A program made the position numbers and the translations under genes. Positions 50,160 through 61,100 of a DNA stretch of 64,000 nt are shown piece by piece. This DNA comes from Candidatus Latescibacterota bacterium (GTDB taxonomy: Bacteria > Latescibacterota > UBA2968 > UBA8231). The stretch is from NCBI GenBank assembly GCA_965208105.1, contig OZ242318.1:3232001-3296000 (forward strand), read 5' to 3'. Positions within the stretch are counted from its first letter, which is position 1, and the number at the start of each line of letters is the position of its first letter. A model generated the notes under the pieces. It saw nothing but the letters and a program-made list of their open reading frames with translations, was not told the DNA's origin and made no database searches.

Positions 50160-50852
50160 TCAATATTTGAGAATTCCAGTGTCGGGATGCATCTTCACCC
50201 AACTGTTCCAGCGGGTATAGGTGGACTCGAATTCGGGCAGCCTGCGGTCGGCGAATTGGCCCCCAATGCAGGTCAGGCCCTCCTCCCCTTCCAGGTGGTA
50301 CCACAAACTTTCGGTTTCGTAATCAAAGAGAATGAAGGTGTTCCTATAAGTCCATCCGCTGGCACTCAGGGTCAGTACTTGATCGTCGACTTCGCGGCTG
50401 TACACGGCAGCCAGGTTCACCAGGGGTCAGTAGGCCACGGCTGCGTGGATGTCTCCGAACTGCTCGTTGGCCACCTCATGGCGGCTCAGCACTGCAATGG
50501 GATAGGCCCTGGCAAAGCCGTTCAGGGAAGTCCCGAGAATCAGGAAATACTCGCTGCTTTCGGGGTAACCCCTGTCATTGGGGAACAACATCTGCGGGTT
50601 CATAATCGGACGGATGGCGTAGGGGCCCAGGCCGTACTGGTAGCCCGAGGGTACCAGTCCGTACTTGTCCCGGGCGTGAGTCACGTCCCACCTTTTCCCG
50701 GTGCGGTCCGTGATGAAGACCGTTTCCCTCTGTTCGACGGCCACTGTCTGCCTGGTTTGCGGCGTGGAGTGGGTTGCGGTATCGCCGCCACAACCCCCGA
50801 TGCAGCAGGCGGCAAGAAGTGTGATGAGCTCCATGCTGGTCCGCGATTTCAT
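50160..50852 (-). CDS. DUF3179-family lipoprotein with in-frame TGA at 50429-50427 read as selenocysteine
   Basis: ORFs 50427-51068 and 50160-50420 are in the same frame; they read ARAYPIAVLSRHEVANE...AVAY-TGA-PLVNLA...SGWTYRNTFILFDYETESLW; the TGA sits where DUF3179 has YCPL; lipobox IGGC. Confidence 0.85.
50396..50412 (-). promoter_or_regulatory. Putative bacterial SECIS hairpin
   Basis: mRNA: UGA-14 nt-GGCUG CCGUGUA CAGCC, a stem with a G/GU-containing apical loop. Confidence 0.65.
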
Positions 50853-51079
50853 TTCTTCGTTCCTGTGGACAAGGGTGGTTTGCCTTCGGATGCATCGTCG
50901 ATGATCGAATTTCAAGAGCCGATTATAGTGTAATAGTTGCGAAAGGAAGTTGCGAATATTTTCTACGAAGCTGCAGACTGCTTGTGGGGGATGTATACGG
51001 TTGGCGCCCAGCTTTCTATCAGGGAGGTCCTGCCGTATATTTAGCGGTTGCATCACATCGGGGATCACAGGAGGAGATC

Positions 51080-53446
51080 TTGATAAAGTGGCTGACCGAC
51101 TACGCGAAGTGGCTCCACACCCGGTGGCCGGCAGGAGCGGTGGAGAAACTCCCTCAGGTGGACGAAAACGGAGTGAGCAATATTTCCGGACTCTATATCG
51201 TCGGAGACCTTACCGGGATTCCCCTGCTGAAATTCTCCTCCGATACAGGGGCCCGGTCGGTGCATCACATCGTGGCCGACGGCGATTTCCAAAAGGAGAG
51301 ACGGGAGCAGCCGCACGATGATGTCCTCGACCTGGCCATCGTCGGTGCCGGGGTCTCCGGAATGGCCGCTGCGTTGGCGGCGCGCCAGGCCGAGCTGCGA
51401 TTTGAAATTCTCGAGGCCGCCGAGCCATTCTCCACGGTGGCGAATTTTCCCAAGGGCAAGCCGATCTATACCTATCCCACCGACATGACACCTGCGGGTT
51501 CTCTGCAGCTCAGCGCAACGGTCAAGGAACCACTCGTCGAGGAGCTCAAGAGCCAGACCTTGGGCCAGGGGATCGAACCCCGGCTGGAGCGGGTCGAAAA
51601 GGTGCAAAAGCAGGGCGGCCTCTTCGAGTTGACCATACCGGGCGGCGATCCCCTGCGGGCGCGGCGGGTGATCGTCGCCATTGGACGCTCGGGCAACTTC
51701 CGCAAACTGGGTGTTCCAGGGGAGAATCTGGACAAGGTTTCCAACCGCCTGCACGATCCCAAGGACTTCAGTGACAAGAATGTCCTGGTCGTTGGCGGCG
51801 GCGACAGTGCCCTGGAGACCTCCATTGCCGTCGCTCTGGCCGGCGGCCAGGTCACCCTGTCCTACCGCAAGCCCGAGTTTGCCCGTCCCAAGCCGGAGAA
51901 CATAGAGAAACTGCACGTGCTTTCCGCGGATCCCATGGCAGACGTGGCCGTCGATACCCCTTCCTCCGAGAGGGTGACGACTTCCAGCGGCCGATTCCTC
52001 GAGGAGGGACGGCGGCCAGGCGGCATCAGGTTGATGATGGGGAGCTCGGTGCAGGAAATCGAAGAATCGGAGGTGGTGCTCAGGGATGCCGACGGCCAGG
52101 ATGTGCGCATTGACAACGACGCTGTGTTCAGCATGATCGGACGCGAGGCGCCGCTCGAGTTCTTCCGGCGCAGCGGGGTGAACATCAAGGGCGAGATGCG
52201 GGCGCGGCAGTGGGCGGGGCTGGGTCTGTTCATGGTCTTCTGCACCTTCGTCTACAACTGGAAGGCCGGCGGCCAGTTGACCCAGGTATTCCAGGCAAAC
52301 AACTGGTTCCCATACAACTTACCCGACCTTTGGAGGGCGGGCGCCGCCCTTGCGGACGATCCATCCAGCCTGATCGGGGTCCTGGCCTATAACCTCGGTC
52401 AGCCTGGATTTTACTACAGCCTGGCCTACTCCCTCCTGGTGGGGATCTTCGGATACCGCCGCATCAAGCGGCGGCGCACGTCCTACATCAAGGTGCAGAC
52501 CTTGAGTCTGACAGCGATCCAGGTCGTACCCCTTTTCCTCCTTCCCTATATCCTCCTTCCATATTTGGGTTACAACGGAGTTTTCGACGGAGGTTTTGGA
52601 AGAAGTATCGCCGATGCTCTGTTCCCCGAGGTCGACTACGGACACGGCCGCGAGTATTGGCGGGCCTTCGGCCTCATCCTTGCCTGGCCGCTTTTCATCT
52701 GGAATGTCTTCACCTCGCAGCCCCTGTGGTGGTGGCTGGGCATCAGTATCGCGCAGACCTTCGTCCTGATACCTCTTGCCATCTACTTCTGGGGCAAGGG
52801 GGCGTATTGCGGATGGATCTGTTCCTGTGGAGCCCTGGCCGAAACCCTGGGCGATCAGCAGCGCCACAAGATGTGGCACGGTGCGGTCTGGAACAAGGTC
52901 AATATGGTGGGGCAGGCCATCCTGGTTCTGTGCGTGTTGCTGCTGCTGTCGCGCATCGTCAGCTGGGTCTGGCCGTACACCGGTGCCGGAGCCGCGTTTC
53001 GCCAGTTTTACGAAGGCCTGCTGTACGGCTGGAATCCATGGGGAATTCAACTCAACTACAAGTGGGTGGTGGATATTCTACTGGCGGGCATTATCGGCTA
53101 TGGGGCTTATTTCTGGTTCAGCGGCCGGGTTTGGTGCCGCTTTGCCTGTCCGCTGGCTGCCCTCATGCACCTCTATGCCCGCTTCAGCCGGTTTCGCATT
53201 CTGGCCGACAAGAAGAAGTGCATTTCGTGCAACGTGTGCACCTCGGTGTGCCATCAGGGGATCGATATAATGAACTTCGCCAACAAGGGGCTGCCCATGA
53301 CAGATCCGGAATGTGTGCGCTGCAGCGCCTGCGTGGAATCGTGTCCGACCGGAGTCCTAGAGTTCGGGCAGGTGGACCGCTCCACCGGGGAGGTAATCAG
53401 GAGGGATCGGCTGGAAGCTTCTCTGGTCCGCCGGCGCGAGGAGTAG
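51080..53446 (+). CDS. FAD/NAD(P)H oxidoreductase (TrxR/YpdA-like) fused to a NapH/FixG-like membrane domain with 2x[4Fe-4S]
   Basis: AGGAGG RBS + TTG; IVGAGVSG, VAIGRSG, VVGGGDSA, SYRK; multiple TMs; CGWICSCG, CRFACP, CISCNVCTSVC, CVRCSACVESCP. Confidence 0.88.
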   Translation: MIKWLTDYAKWLHTRWPAGAVEKLPQVDENGVSNISGLYIVGDLTGIPLLKFSSDTGARSVHHIVADGDFQKERREQPHDDVLDLAIVGAGVSGMAAALAARQAELRFEILEAAEPFSTVANFPKGKPIYTYPTDMTPAGSLQLSATVKEPLVEELKSQTLGQGIEPRLERVEKVQKQGGLFELTIPGGDPLRARRVIVAIGRSGNFRKLGVPGENLDKVSNRLHDPKDFSDKNVLVVGGGDSALETSIAVALAGGQVTLSYRKPEFARPKPENIEKLHVLSADPMADVAVDTPSSERVTTSSGRFLEEGRRPGGIRLMMGSSVQEIEESEVVLRDADGQDVRIDNDAVFSMIGREAPLEFFRRSGVNIKGEMRARQWAGLGLFMVFCTFVYNWKAGGQLTQVFQANNWFPYNLPDLWRAGAALADDPSSLIGVLAYNLGQPGFYYSLAYSLLVGIFGYRRIKRRRTSYIKVQTLSLTAIQVVPLFLLPYILLPYLGYNGVFDGGFGRSIADALFPEVDYGHGREYWRAFGLILAWPLFIWNVFTSQPLWWWLGISIAQTFVLIPLAIYFWGKGAYCGWICSCGALAETLGDQQRHKMWHGAVWNKVNMVGQAILVLCVLLLLSRIVSWVWPYTGAGAAFRQFYEGLLYGWNPWGIQLNYKWVVDILLAGIIGYGAYFWFSGRVWCRFACPLAALMHLYARFSRFRILADKKKCISCNVCTSVCHQGIDIMNFANKGLPMTDPECVRCSACVESCPTGVLEFGQVDRSTGEVIRRDRLEASLVRRREE

Positions 53447-53603
53447 CGTGGCTGCCTCCTGTTTTTGGGGGGGTTGAAGGGCATATTCACCGGGAGAATG
53501 AATTTATTCGGATTCCGGTGCGGAATCGCGGCAAGGTTCTGACGGTCTAATTATTGCGCGGTGCAATCATTGGATCGGCTGGAGACTACACGAGAGGACA
53601 GAG

Positions 53604-54947
53604 ATGAGGCAATCGACGGGAAAGATGCTGCTGGCAGTCGGGACCCTGGTTTCGAGTATTGCGCTCGGGGCCTGTGGAGGCGGGTCCGACACGACCGCAA
53701 AAGAGGGTGAAAGGGGGAAGGAGGCCGCAAGGGGAAGGCAGTGGGGAGGCGGTGGCGCGGCCGGGGCGACCGCGGCGATTCCCGTCAAGGCGGAAGCGGT
53801 GCAGCGCGGGGACGTGGCGCTCTATGTCCAGACCCACGCCCGGCTGGAAGCCGAGCGCTGGGTGAGTGTGGTGGCGCGCGTCCAGGGGATGGTGACGGAA
53901 CTCGCCGTCGAAGAAGGGGACCAGGTGGCGGAAGGAGACGTCCTGGCGCGGCTGAACAAGGAAGAGTTGGCCCTGAGGGTTGAGCAGGCAGAGGTAGCGC
54001 TGGAGCAGGCTGCCAGCACCTACGACCGCACCAAGGCCCTTTACGATCGCCAGCTGGTCAGCGAAGAGGAGTACGACGCTGCCTGGCACCAGATGAGAAA
54101 TATCGAGGTCAACCTGGAAGAAGCCCGGATCAATTTGGATCATGCCGATGTAATTGCGCCCATTTCCGGAACCGTGATGCAGCGTCTGGTAGAGGTGGGA
54201 GACGTGGTCCGGGCCAACGACCAGGTGTTCGCGGTGGCGGACCTGGACCCGCTGCTGGCGCGCATCCACGTCCCCGAGAAGCGGATGCGCGAGATCAGCA
54301 AAGGGCAGGATGCCCGCATCGCGGTCGACTCCGTGCCCGACAGGACTTTCGTCGGCCGCATTCGGATGATCAGCCCGGGGGTCGATCCCCAAAGCGGCAC
54401 CGTAAAGGTGACCCTCGAGATTCCCGACGCGACAGGGTTGTTGAAGCCGGGGATGTTCGCAACCGTCCGCATTGTCACCGAGCGTCGCCAGGGGACCTTG
54501 GTCGTTCCCAAGAAGGCTCTCGTTCTGGAGACGGACGAAGACGATGTCTTCGTATTTTCGCAAGGAACGGCGCGCCGGGTCCGCATTCAGCCGGGATTCG
54601 TGGACGGAGACATGGTGGAGGTGGTGTCCGGGCTCGCGGAAGGAGATCTGGTGATAACCCTGGGCCAGGAAGGCCTGAGGGAGGGCACCCGAATAAGGCT
54701 TGCGGGCCAGGCCGCAGAGGGCGGGGAAGAAGACCCGCCGGTGGAAAAGGGCAGACCGGGCTTCTCCGGGGAGCGGGGAGCGGGTGAGCCAGGTCCCGCC
54801 TCCTCCTTCCGGGGCGGGAGAGCCTTCCCCGATTCTGCCGCCTTCGTGAAACGGGCACAGGAACAACGGGGTTTGAGCGAGTCGGAGGCAGTGGAACGCT
54901 GGCGCAGAGTGAAGGAGCGTTTTGGAACCCGGAGCGAAAGCGACTGA
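53604..54947 (+). CDS. RND efflux periplasmic adaptor (MFP), lipoprotein
   Basis: Lipobox LGAC; VEEGDQV, IAPISG, SPGVDPQSGT, LKPGMF. Confidence 0.93.
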   Translation: MRQSTGKMLLAVGTLVSSIALGACGGGSDTTAKEGERGKEAARGRQWGGGGAAGATAAIPVKAEAVQRGDVALYVQTHARLEAERWVSVVARVQGMVTELAVEEGDQVAEGDVLARLNKEELALRVEQAEVALEQAASTYDRTKALYDRQLVSEEEYDAAWHQMRNIEVNLEEARINLDHADVIAPISGTVMQRLVEVGDVVRANDQVFAVADLDPLLARIHVPEKRMREISKGQDARIAVDSVPDRTFVGRIRMISPGVDPQSGTVKVTLEIPDATGLLKPGMFATVRIVTERRQGTLVVPKKALVLETDEDDVFVFSQGTARRVRIQPGFVDGDMVEVVSGLAEGDLVITLGQEGLREGTRIRLAGQAAEGGEEDPPVEKGRPGFSGERGAGEPGPASSFRGGRAFPDSAAFVKRAQEQRGLSESEAVERWRRVKERFGTRSESD

Positions 54948-54950
54948 CCT

Positions 54951-57900
54951 ATGCGGCTGATCGACTTCTCCACCAGACGCCGGGTTACGGTGGCCATGCT
55001 CATGGTCGCCATCGTTGCGTTCGGGCTGGTCGGATTTTCCCGTCTTGCCCTCAACCTGCTTCCCGATATCACCTATCCAACGATTGCGGTTCGGACCGAG
55101 TACACCGGGGTGTCCCCGGTTGAGATAGAGCGCCTGATCTCGGAACCGATCGAGGGCCTGGTGGGTGTGGTGAGCAATGTGGTGCGGGTGAGTTCGATTT
55201 CGCGGGCAGGACTCTCGGACGTTGTGGTGGAGTTCGCCTGGGGAACAAATATGGACTTCGCGGCCCTGGACATCCGCGAGAAGCTCGACCTGGCGCAGTT
55301 GCCGCAGGAAGCGGATGAGCCGATTCTCCTGCGATTTGATCCCTCCCTGGATCCAATCATGAGGGTGGCGCTTCATGGCGAGTCCGGCCTGATGGAGTTG
55401 CGGCGGGTGGCCGAGGAGCGCCTGCGCCTGGTGTTGGAGAGCCTGGAGGGAGTGGCCGCGGTGCGGGTCGAAGGGGGGATGGAGGAAGAGATCCGCGTGG
55501 AGATCGAGACCGCGCGGCTTGCCCATCTTGGCGTTTCGATCGATCAGGTGACCAGCCGTCTCGAGGCCGAAAACGTGAACCTTACCGGTGGATTGCTCAA
55601 GGACGGCGAAGCCGAATTCCTGGTGCGGACTTTAAACGAGTTCGAAGACATGGATGAAATCGGCGAGATCGTCATCGCCCGGATCGGCCCTGCCGCGGTG
55701 AAGCTCGAGGATGTGGGAAGGGTGATTCGCGGCCACAGAGAGCGCGACCTGATCACCCGGATCAATGGCCGCGAAGGGGTTGAGATCGCCATCTTCAAGG
55801 AGGGGGACGCCAATACCGTCCAGGTGAGCAAGGCGCTGCGGGAAAGGCTGGATGAATTTCAGGTTGACTACGAAGACCTGCTCGGCGCCAGCACGGTGGA
55901 GGTTGTCTTCGACCAGGCTGAATTTATCCAGCAGGCTGTGGACGAGGTTCTCAACACCGCCATCCTGGGCGCCATCCTGGCCATCGTGGTCCTCTACCTC
56001 TTCCTGCGCGACCTCAGGGCCACCGCGATTATCGGCCTCTCCATCCCCATTTCGGTATTGGCAACCTTTTTCTTCATGTTCGGTTCCGAGGTCAGCCTCA
56101 ATATCATGTCTCTTGGTGGCCTGGCCCTGGGGGTGGGCATGCTGGTTGACAACTCCATCGTAGTCCTGGAGAGTGTACGGCGCTACCGCGACCAGGGCCT
56201 CTCCAGCCTGGAGGCCGCCAGGCAGGGCAGCAGCGTGGTCGGCAAGGCGGTAATCGCCGCCACCCTGACCACGATCTGTGTCTTTGTGCCCATCGTATTT
56301 GTGGAGGGAGTCGCCGGCCAGCTTTTCCGCGACCAGGCCCTGACCGTGACCTACTCCCTTGTGGCCTCACTGATCGTAGCCCTGATGCTGATACCCATGC
56401 TCTCCTCTCTGGCGATGAGCCGCCTGGCGCAGGAGGAACAGGCCCCCGGGGGGATGCTCGTCCGCGCTCCGGCACAGGTAGTTCGCGCGGTGAAAATGGT
56501 CCTGGGCAGGCTGGGGCGTCTTCTCGGCTTGCTGTTGCGGCCGCTCTACTGGGGATTCGACACTGCCTACGGCTTTCTTGCCGCGGTTTACCCAAAGGCA
56601 TTGGACTGGTCCCTGCGTCATCGCGCCTGGGTCTTGATAGTATTTTTCATCTTCTCCGGCCTGGTGCTGCAGCGCGGCCTGTCCCTTGGGGTAGAACTGA
56701 TCCCGGAGATGAGCCAGGGAGAATTCCTCGTCGATCTGGAGTGGCCTGCGGGCACGCCCCTGGAGAACAACGCCCAACGGACCGCCGAAATAGACGGCCC
56801 CATCCAGTCCCGGGACCCGGTGATTGCCGTGTTTTCCCTGATTGGTTCGCTGGGGCAGAGCGGAGGCTATGCCGGCGAGCGAAAGGAGAATATTGCCCAG
56901 GTCTACGTACGCCTCGAGGATGGAAGTACCCGGCAGGACGAGGAGGAGGCCATGGAGCGGGTCCGCCGGGATTTGAGCAATGTCCCCGATCTGCAATACA
57001 AGTTTTCGCGGCCTTCATACTTTTCCTTCCGCACCCCTGTCGAGGTGGAAATCTCCGGATACAATCTTCAGACCCTTCGCCTCCTGGCGGAAGAGGTCAA
57101 GGAGAAGATGGGTGAAGTCCCGGGTCTCGTGGACGTCAAGGCGAGCACGGAGGAAGGACAGCCCGAGATCCAGGTGGTCTTCGACCGCCAGCGGGTGGCA
57201 GAGTTGGGAACGACGATTCAATCAATCGGCGAGATACTGCGCAACAAGCTGCAGGGAGTGGTGGCCACCGAATTGACCCGCGGCGACCGCAGGATCGATA
57301 TCAGGGTGCGGGCGGAAGAGTCCGAGCGCCACAGCTTGGAAGACTTGCAGCGGCTTATAGTCAGCCCGCCGGCACATCCGGTCCCCGTTGCCCTCGACGC
57401 GGTGGCGGCGGTGGAGGTCGTCGAGGGGCCGGCGGAGATCCGGCGCGTAGACCAGGAGCGGGTGGCGGTCATCTCCGCAAACCTCAGCGGCAGAGACCTG
57501 GGAAGCGTGGTCCAGGAGATCGAATCGTCCATGGCCGGGATTCCCGTGCCCGAAGGCTTTGCCATGGCTGTAGGAGGCCAGAACGAAGAGATGGTGCGTT
57601 CGTTCGACAGCATGAAGTTTGCCCTGGGGTTGGCCGTGTTCCTGGTCTACCTGGTGATGGCGTCCCAGTTCGAATCGCTGCTGCACCCCCTGGTGATAAT
57701 GTTCACCATTCCCCTGGGGCTGGTGGGCAGCGCCCTGGGTCTGGTGCTGACGGGACAGAGCATAAGCGTGGTAGTGCTGATCGGACTGATCATGCTGGCC
57801 GGAATCGTGGTGAACAACGCGATTGTCCTGGTGGACTACATCAACCACCTGCGCAGAGATGAAGGAATGGCCAAGGTAGAGGCCGTGTTGCGCGCCGGCA

Positions 57901-58097
57901 CGGTGCGGCTGCGGCCCATCCTGATGACCACCTCTACAACCGTCCTGGGTTTGTTGCCCATGGCTTTGGGGCTTGGGGAAGGCGCCGAGATTCGCGCCCC
58001 GATGGCCATAACCGTAATTGGCGGACTGCTGGTTTCCACCATTCTGACCCTGGTGGTCATCCCCGTAGTCTACGCGACCCTGGACCGCAGCGCCTAG
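54951..58097 (+). CDS. RND efflux permease (AcrB/MdtB-like), subunit 1
   Basis: GMLVDNSIVVLE, GIVVNNAIVLVD, RLRPILMTT, PMAITVIGGL. Confidence 0.95.
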   Translation: MRLIDFSTRRRVTVAMLMVAIVAFGLVGFSRLALNLLPDITYPTIAVRTEYTGVSPVEIERLISEPIEGLVGVVSNVVRVSSISRAGLSDVVVEFAWGTNMDFAALDIREKLDLAQLPQEADEPILLRFDPSLDPIMRVALHGESGLMELRRVAEERLRLVLESLEGVAAVRVEGGMEEEIRVEIETARLAHLGVSIDQVTSRLEAENVNLTGGLLKDGEAEFLVRTLNEFEDMDEIGEIVIARIGPAAVKLEDVGRVIRGHRERDLITRINGREGVEIAIFKEGDANTVQVSKALRERLDEFQVDYEDLLGASTVEVVFDQAEFIQQAVDEVLNTAILGAILAIVVLYLFLRDLRATAIIGLSIPISVLATFFFMFGSEVSLNIMSLGGLALGVGMLVDNSIVVLESVRRYRDQGLSSLEAARQGSSVVGKAVIAATLTTICVFVPIVFVEGVAGQLFRDQALTVTYSLVASLIVALMLIPMLSSLAMSRLAQEEQAPGGMLVRAPAQVVRAVKMVLGRLGRLLGLLLRPLYWGFDTAYGFLAAVYPKALDWSLRHRAWVLIVFFIFSGLVLQRGLSLGVELIPEMSQGEFLVDLEWPAGTPLENNAQRTAEIDGPIQSRDPVIAVFSLIGSLGQSGGYAGERKENIAQVYVRLEDGSTRQDEEEAMERVRRDLSNVPDLQYKFSRPSYFSFRTPVEVEISGYNLQTLRLLAEEVKEKMGEVPGLVDVKASTEEGQPEIQVVFDRQRVAELGTTIQSIGEILRNKLQGVVATELTRGDRRIDIRVRAEESERHSLEDLQRLIVSPPAHPVPVALDAVAAVEVVEGPAEIRRVDQERVAVISANLSGRDLGSVVQEIESSMAGIPVPEGFAMAVGGQNEEMVRSFDSMKFALGLAVFLVYLVMASQFESLLHPLVIMFTIPLGLVGSALGLVLTGQSISVVVLIGLIMLAGIVVNNAIVLVDYINHLRRDEGMAKVEAVLRAGTVRLRPILMTTSTTVLGLLPMALGLGEGAEIRAPMAITVIGGLLVSTILTLVVIPVVYATLDRSA

Positions 58098-58109
58098 AAG
58101 GGCCGGTAA

Positions 58110-61100
58110 ATGAAGATTTCCGAGTTCGCCGTCCGCAGAGGGGTTACCACCACCATGATCACCTTGAGCGTCCTGGTGCTGGGAGTGGTTTCCCTGAGCC
58201 GCCTGCCTCTGGAGCAGTTGCCGGCGATTTCCTCTTCGGGGATCACGGTTACGGGCTTCTATCCGTCTTCCTCGCCCGAAGAGGTGGAGCGCCATATTAC
58301 CCTGCCCCTGGAGGAGACCCTCGGGACCTTGGGCAACACGGAGAGGATCAGTTCCACCTCCTCGTCTGACCGGGCATCGGTGCGAGTCGACTTCAAGGCG
58401 GGCACGGACATGGATTTGGCCAACATGGAGGTGCGGGAGCGGGTAGACATGGCGCGGAGATTGTTGCCGCCCGACCTGGAGCGCATCCAGATTCGCCGCT
58501 GGCAGAGCGACCAGAGGCCCATTCTCTATGCCAGCATGGCCTGGCGCGGCGAGGGGGACAGGCTCCACGACATTGCCCTCAAGGTGGTCGAGCCAGGCCT
58601 GCTTCGTCTGGATGGGGTGGTCAACGTTTCGGTGGGAGGCATGGAGGAGAAGCAGTTGATCGTGGAGCTGGATCAGGAGCGACTCCAGGCCCACAACGTG
58701 GACCTGCCTGCCCTGGCCTGGCAGGTGCGCAACAACAACGTCAATTTGTCCCTGGGTCGGGTTCTGGATGCGGATCAGCGTTACCTGGTGCGGGCCCTGG
58801 GAGAGTTCGGCGAAGTGGACGAGATCGGCCGGTTGCCCCTGATCGGCCGGAACCTGCGCCTGGAAGACCTTGGAGAGGTGAATTACGACTACCCTGAAAA
58901 AAAGCGCTTCGAGCGCCTCAATGGCGCAGAGGCGGTTACCTTGAACGTATACAAGGCGGCCACCGCCGGGGTCGTGGAGGTGGCCGCTGCAGCGCGCGGG
59001 ACATTGGAGGAGATCGAGGCGGAATACGGTGGAAGACTTGATATCGAAATCGTTCGCGACCGCGCCGAGAGTGTATTGCGGGAAGTGAACAACCTCACCG
59101 ACGCGGCGTTTCTAGGTGCATTCCTGGCCATAGGCATTATCTATCTCTTTCTGCGCAACATCCGCAGCACCCTGGTCATAGCTGTGGCGATCCCTATTTC
59201 AGTTCTGTGCGTTTTCGTGGGCATGTACCTGGCGCGCGAGTTCCTCGGCTCCACGATTACCCTCAACATGGTTTCGATGATGGGGTTGATGCTGGCGGTG
59301 GGAATGTTGGTGGATCCAGCCGTGGTTACCCTGGAGAGCATCTTCCGCAAACGCGAGGAAGAAGGTCTGCCGCCTGGAGAGGCCGCCCTGGAAGGCAGCA
59401 GGGAAATCGGAATGGCGGTCCTGGCTTCCGGTCTGACCACCATGTGCGTGTTCATTCCCTTCTTCTTTCTGGCCAGCGGCCGCATGACCACCTGGCTGCG
59501 CGATGCGGGAATGACCATCTGCCTGGCAATTGCCGTTTCGATGTTGGTGGCACTCTCGGTCATTCCACTGGTGTCGTCACGGCTCTTCCAGAGGAAGTAC
59601 CGGCGCCTGGATCCATGGCTGAGAATGGGATTCCTGCTGGCATTTCTGGCCTTTGCGATGTGGAAGCTGTACAGTGCGGGCTGGGAGGGGGCCGGGTCGT
59701 GGGCGATGGCATGGCTGGAGCGTCTCGGTGCCTCCCTGGCGGGAATGGAGTGGACCACGGGTCTCACCCTGGGGACCTGTCTGTTGTTGACGGTCATTGC
59801 TGCAAGGTTCCTGCGCCGCCGGGGAATGCGGGACTCGTACGCGAGCCTTTTGAACTGGACCTTGGATCACCGCTGGGTGCCGCTGCTGGCAACAGTGACC
59901 TTGCTGGTCACCGGAATATTCCTTTTTCGCCAGATCGAGCAGCGCGGTACTCCCTGGACCCCGGAGCGCCGGGTGGACATTACCGTGGAGGCTGACCGCA
60001 GCTACAGCCTGAAGGAGGTGAGAGGGATATTCGAGGAGATGGAGAACGCGGTTCTGGAGAAAAAGAAGGACCTCGACGTAGAGACCCTGTCGACCAGCTT
60101 CGGCCAGCGGGGGGGAAGCCTGGCCGTCCGACTGGTGGATGCGGACGACGGCAGCCTGTCTACCATGGAGGCGGCCAGGGCGATCAGAAACCTGCTGCCG
60201 GAAAAGGTGGGGATCAGCTACAAGATGGGACGCCAGCGTAGCTGGTCCGGGCCCTTGCTGGGGGTGGAGGTCGAACTCAAAGGGCCGGATCCGGAGGTTC
60301 TCGCCCTGCTGGCAGAGGAGGTGAAAGTGAAGTTGAGGAGTCTGCCCGGCGTCCTTGAAGTAGACAGCAGCCTGGAGGACAGCGAGGAGGAAATCCTCGT
60401 GGAGGTCGACCGGGAACAGGCCCTGGGCTACGGGCTTTCTCCGCGCGAAGTGGCGACTTCCCTGGCAACGGCCCTGGGTACCCGCCGCACCAGCAGCTTC
60501 AAGGCCGAGGAGCGGGAGATCCCCATCGTGCTCCAGTGGGAAGAAGAGGATCGAAGCAATCTGGAGCAACTCAAGAACAGCCGCCTTACAGGACGAAATG
60601 ACGCGACTTTTCAGCTGGCCGGTCTGGCCGATTTCCAACTGCGGGAAGGACCGAAGGATCTCAAGCGCGAAGACCGCCAGCACAACGTGGTGGTGTTCGC
60701 CAACACCGAGAGCCGCGGCCAGGCTTTCCGCCTGATGGGGCCCGTTAGAGAAAAGATGAAGGAAGTGTCCCTGCCACCGGGGTATTCCTGGGATCTGGGA
60801 CGCGCTGCCCGCTGGGCCCAGCAGGATACCCAGGAAAACACCTTCACCCTGCTCTTCGCCCTGCTCCTGATATACCTGATCATGGCTTCGCTTTTCGAGT
60901 CCTTGATCCATCCATTCACCATCATGCTGGCCATTCCCTTCTCTTTGATCGGAGTGTTCGTGGGACTGTATGCCCTGGAAATACCGTTGGATTTCAACGG
61001 CATTCTGGGTCTGTTGATCCTGTTCGGAATTGTGGTGAACAACGGGATTGTGATGATAGACCACATCAACCACTTCCGCCGCGAGGGGATGGAGCGGCGC

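Noticed and set aside
50160-50852. Pseudogene or two separate small genes
   Set aside because: A single TGA exactly at the conserved Cys position, intact motifs on both sides and a SECIS-like hairpin favour Sec recoding
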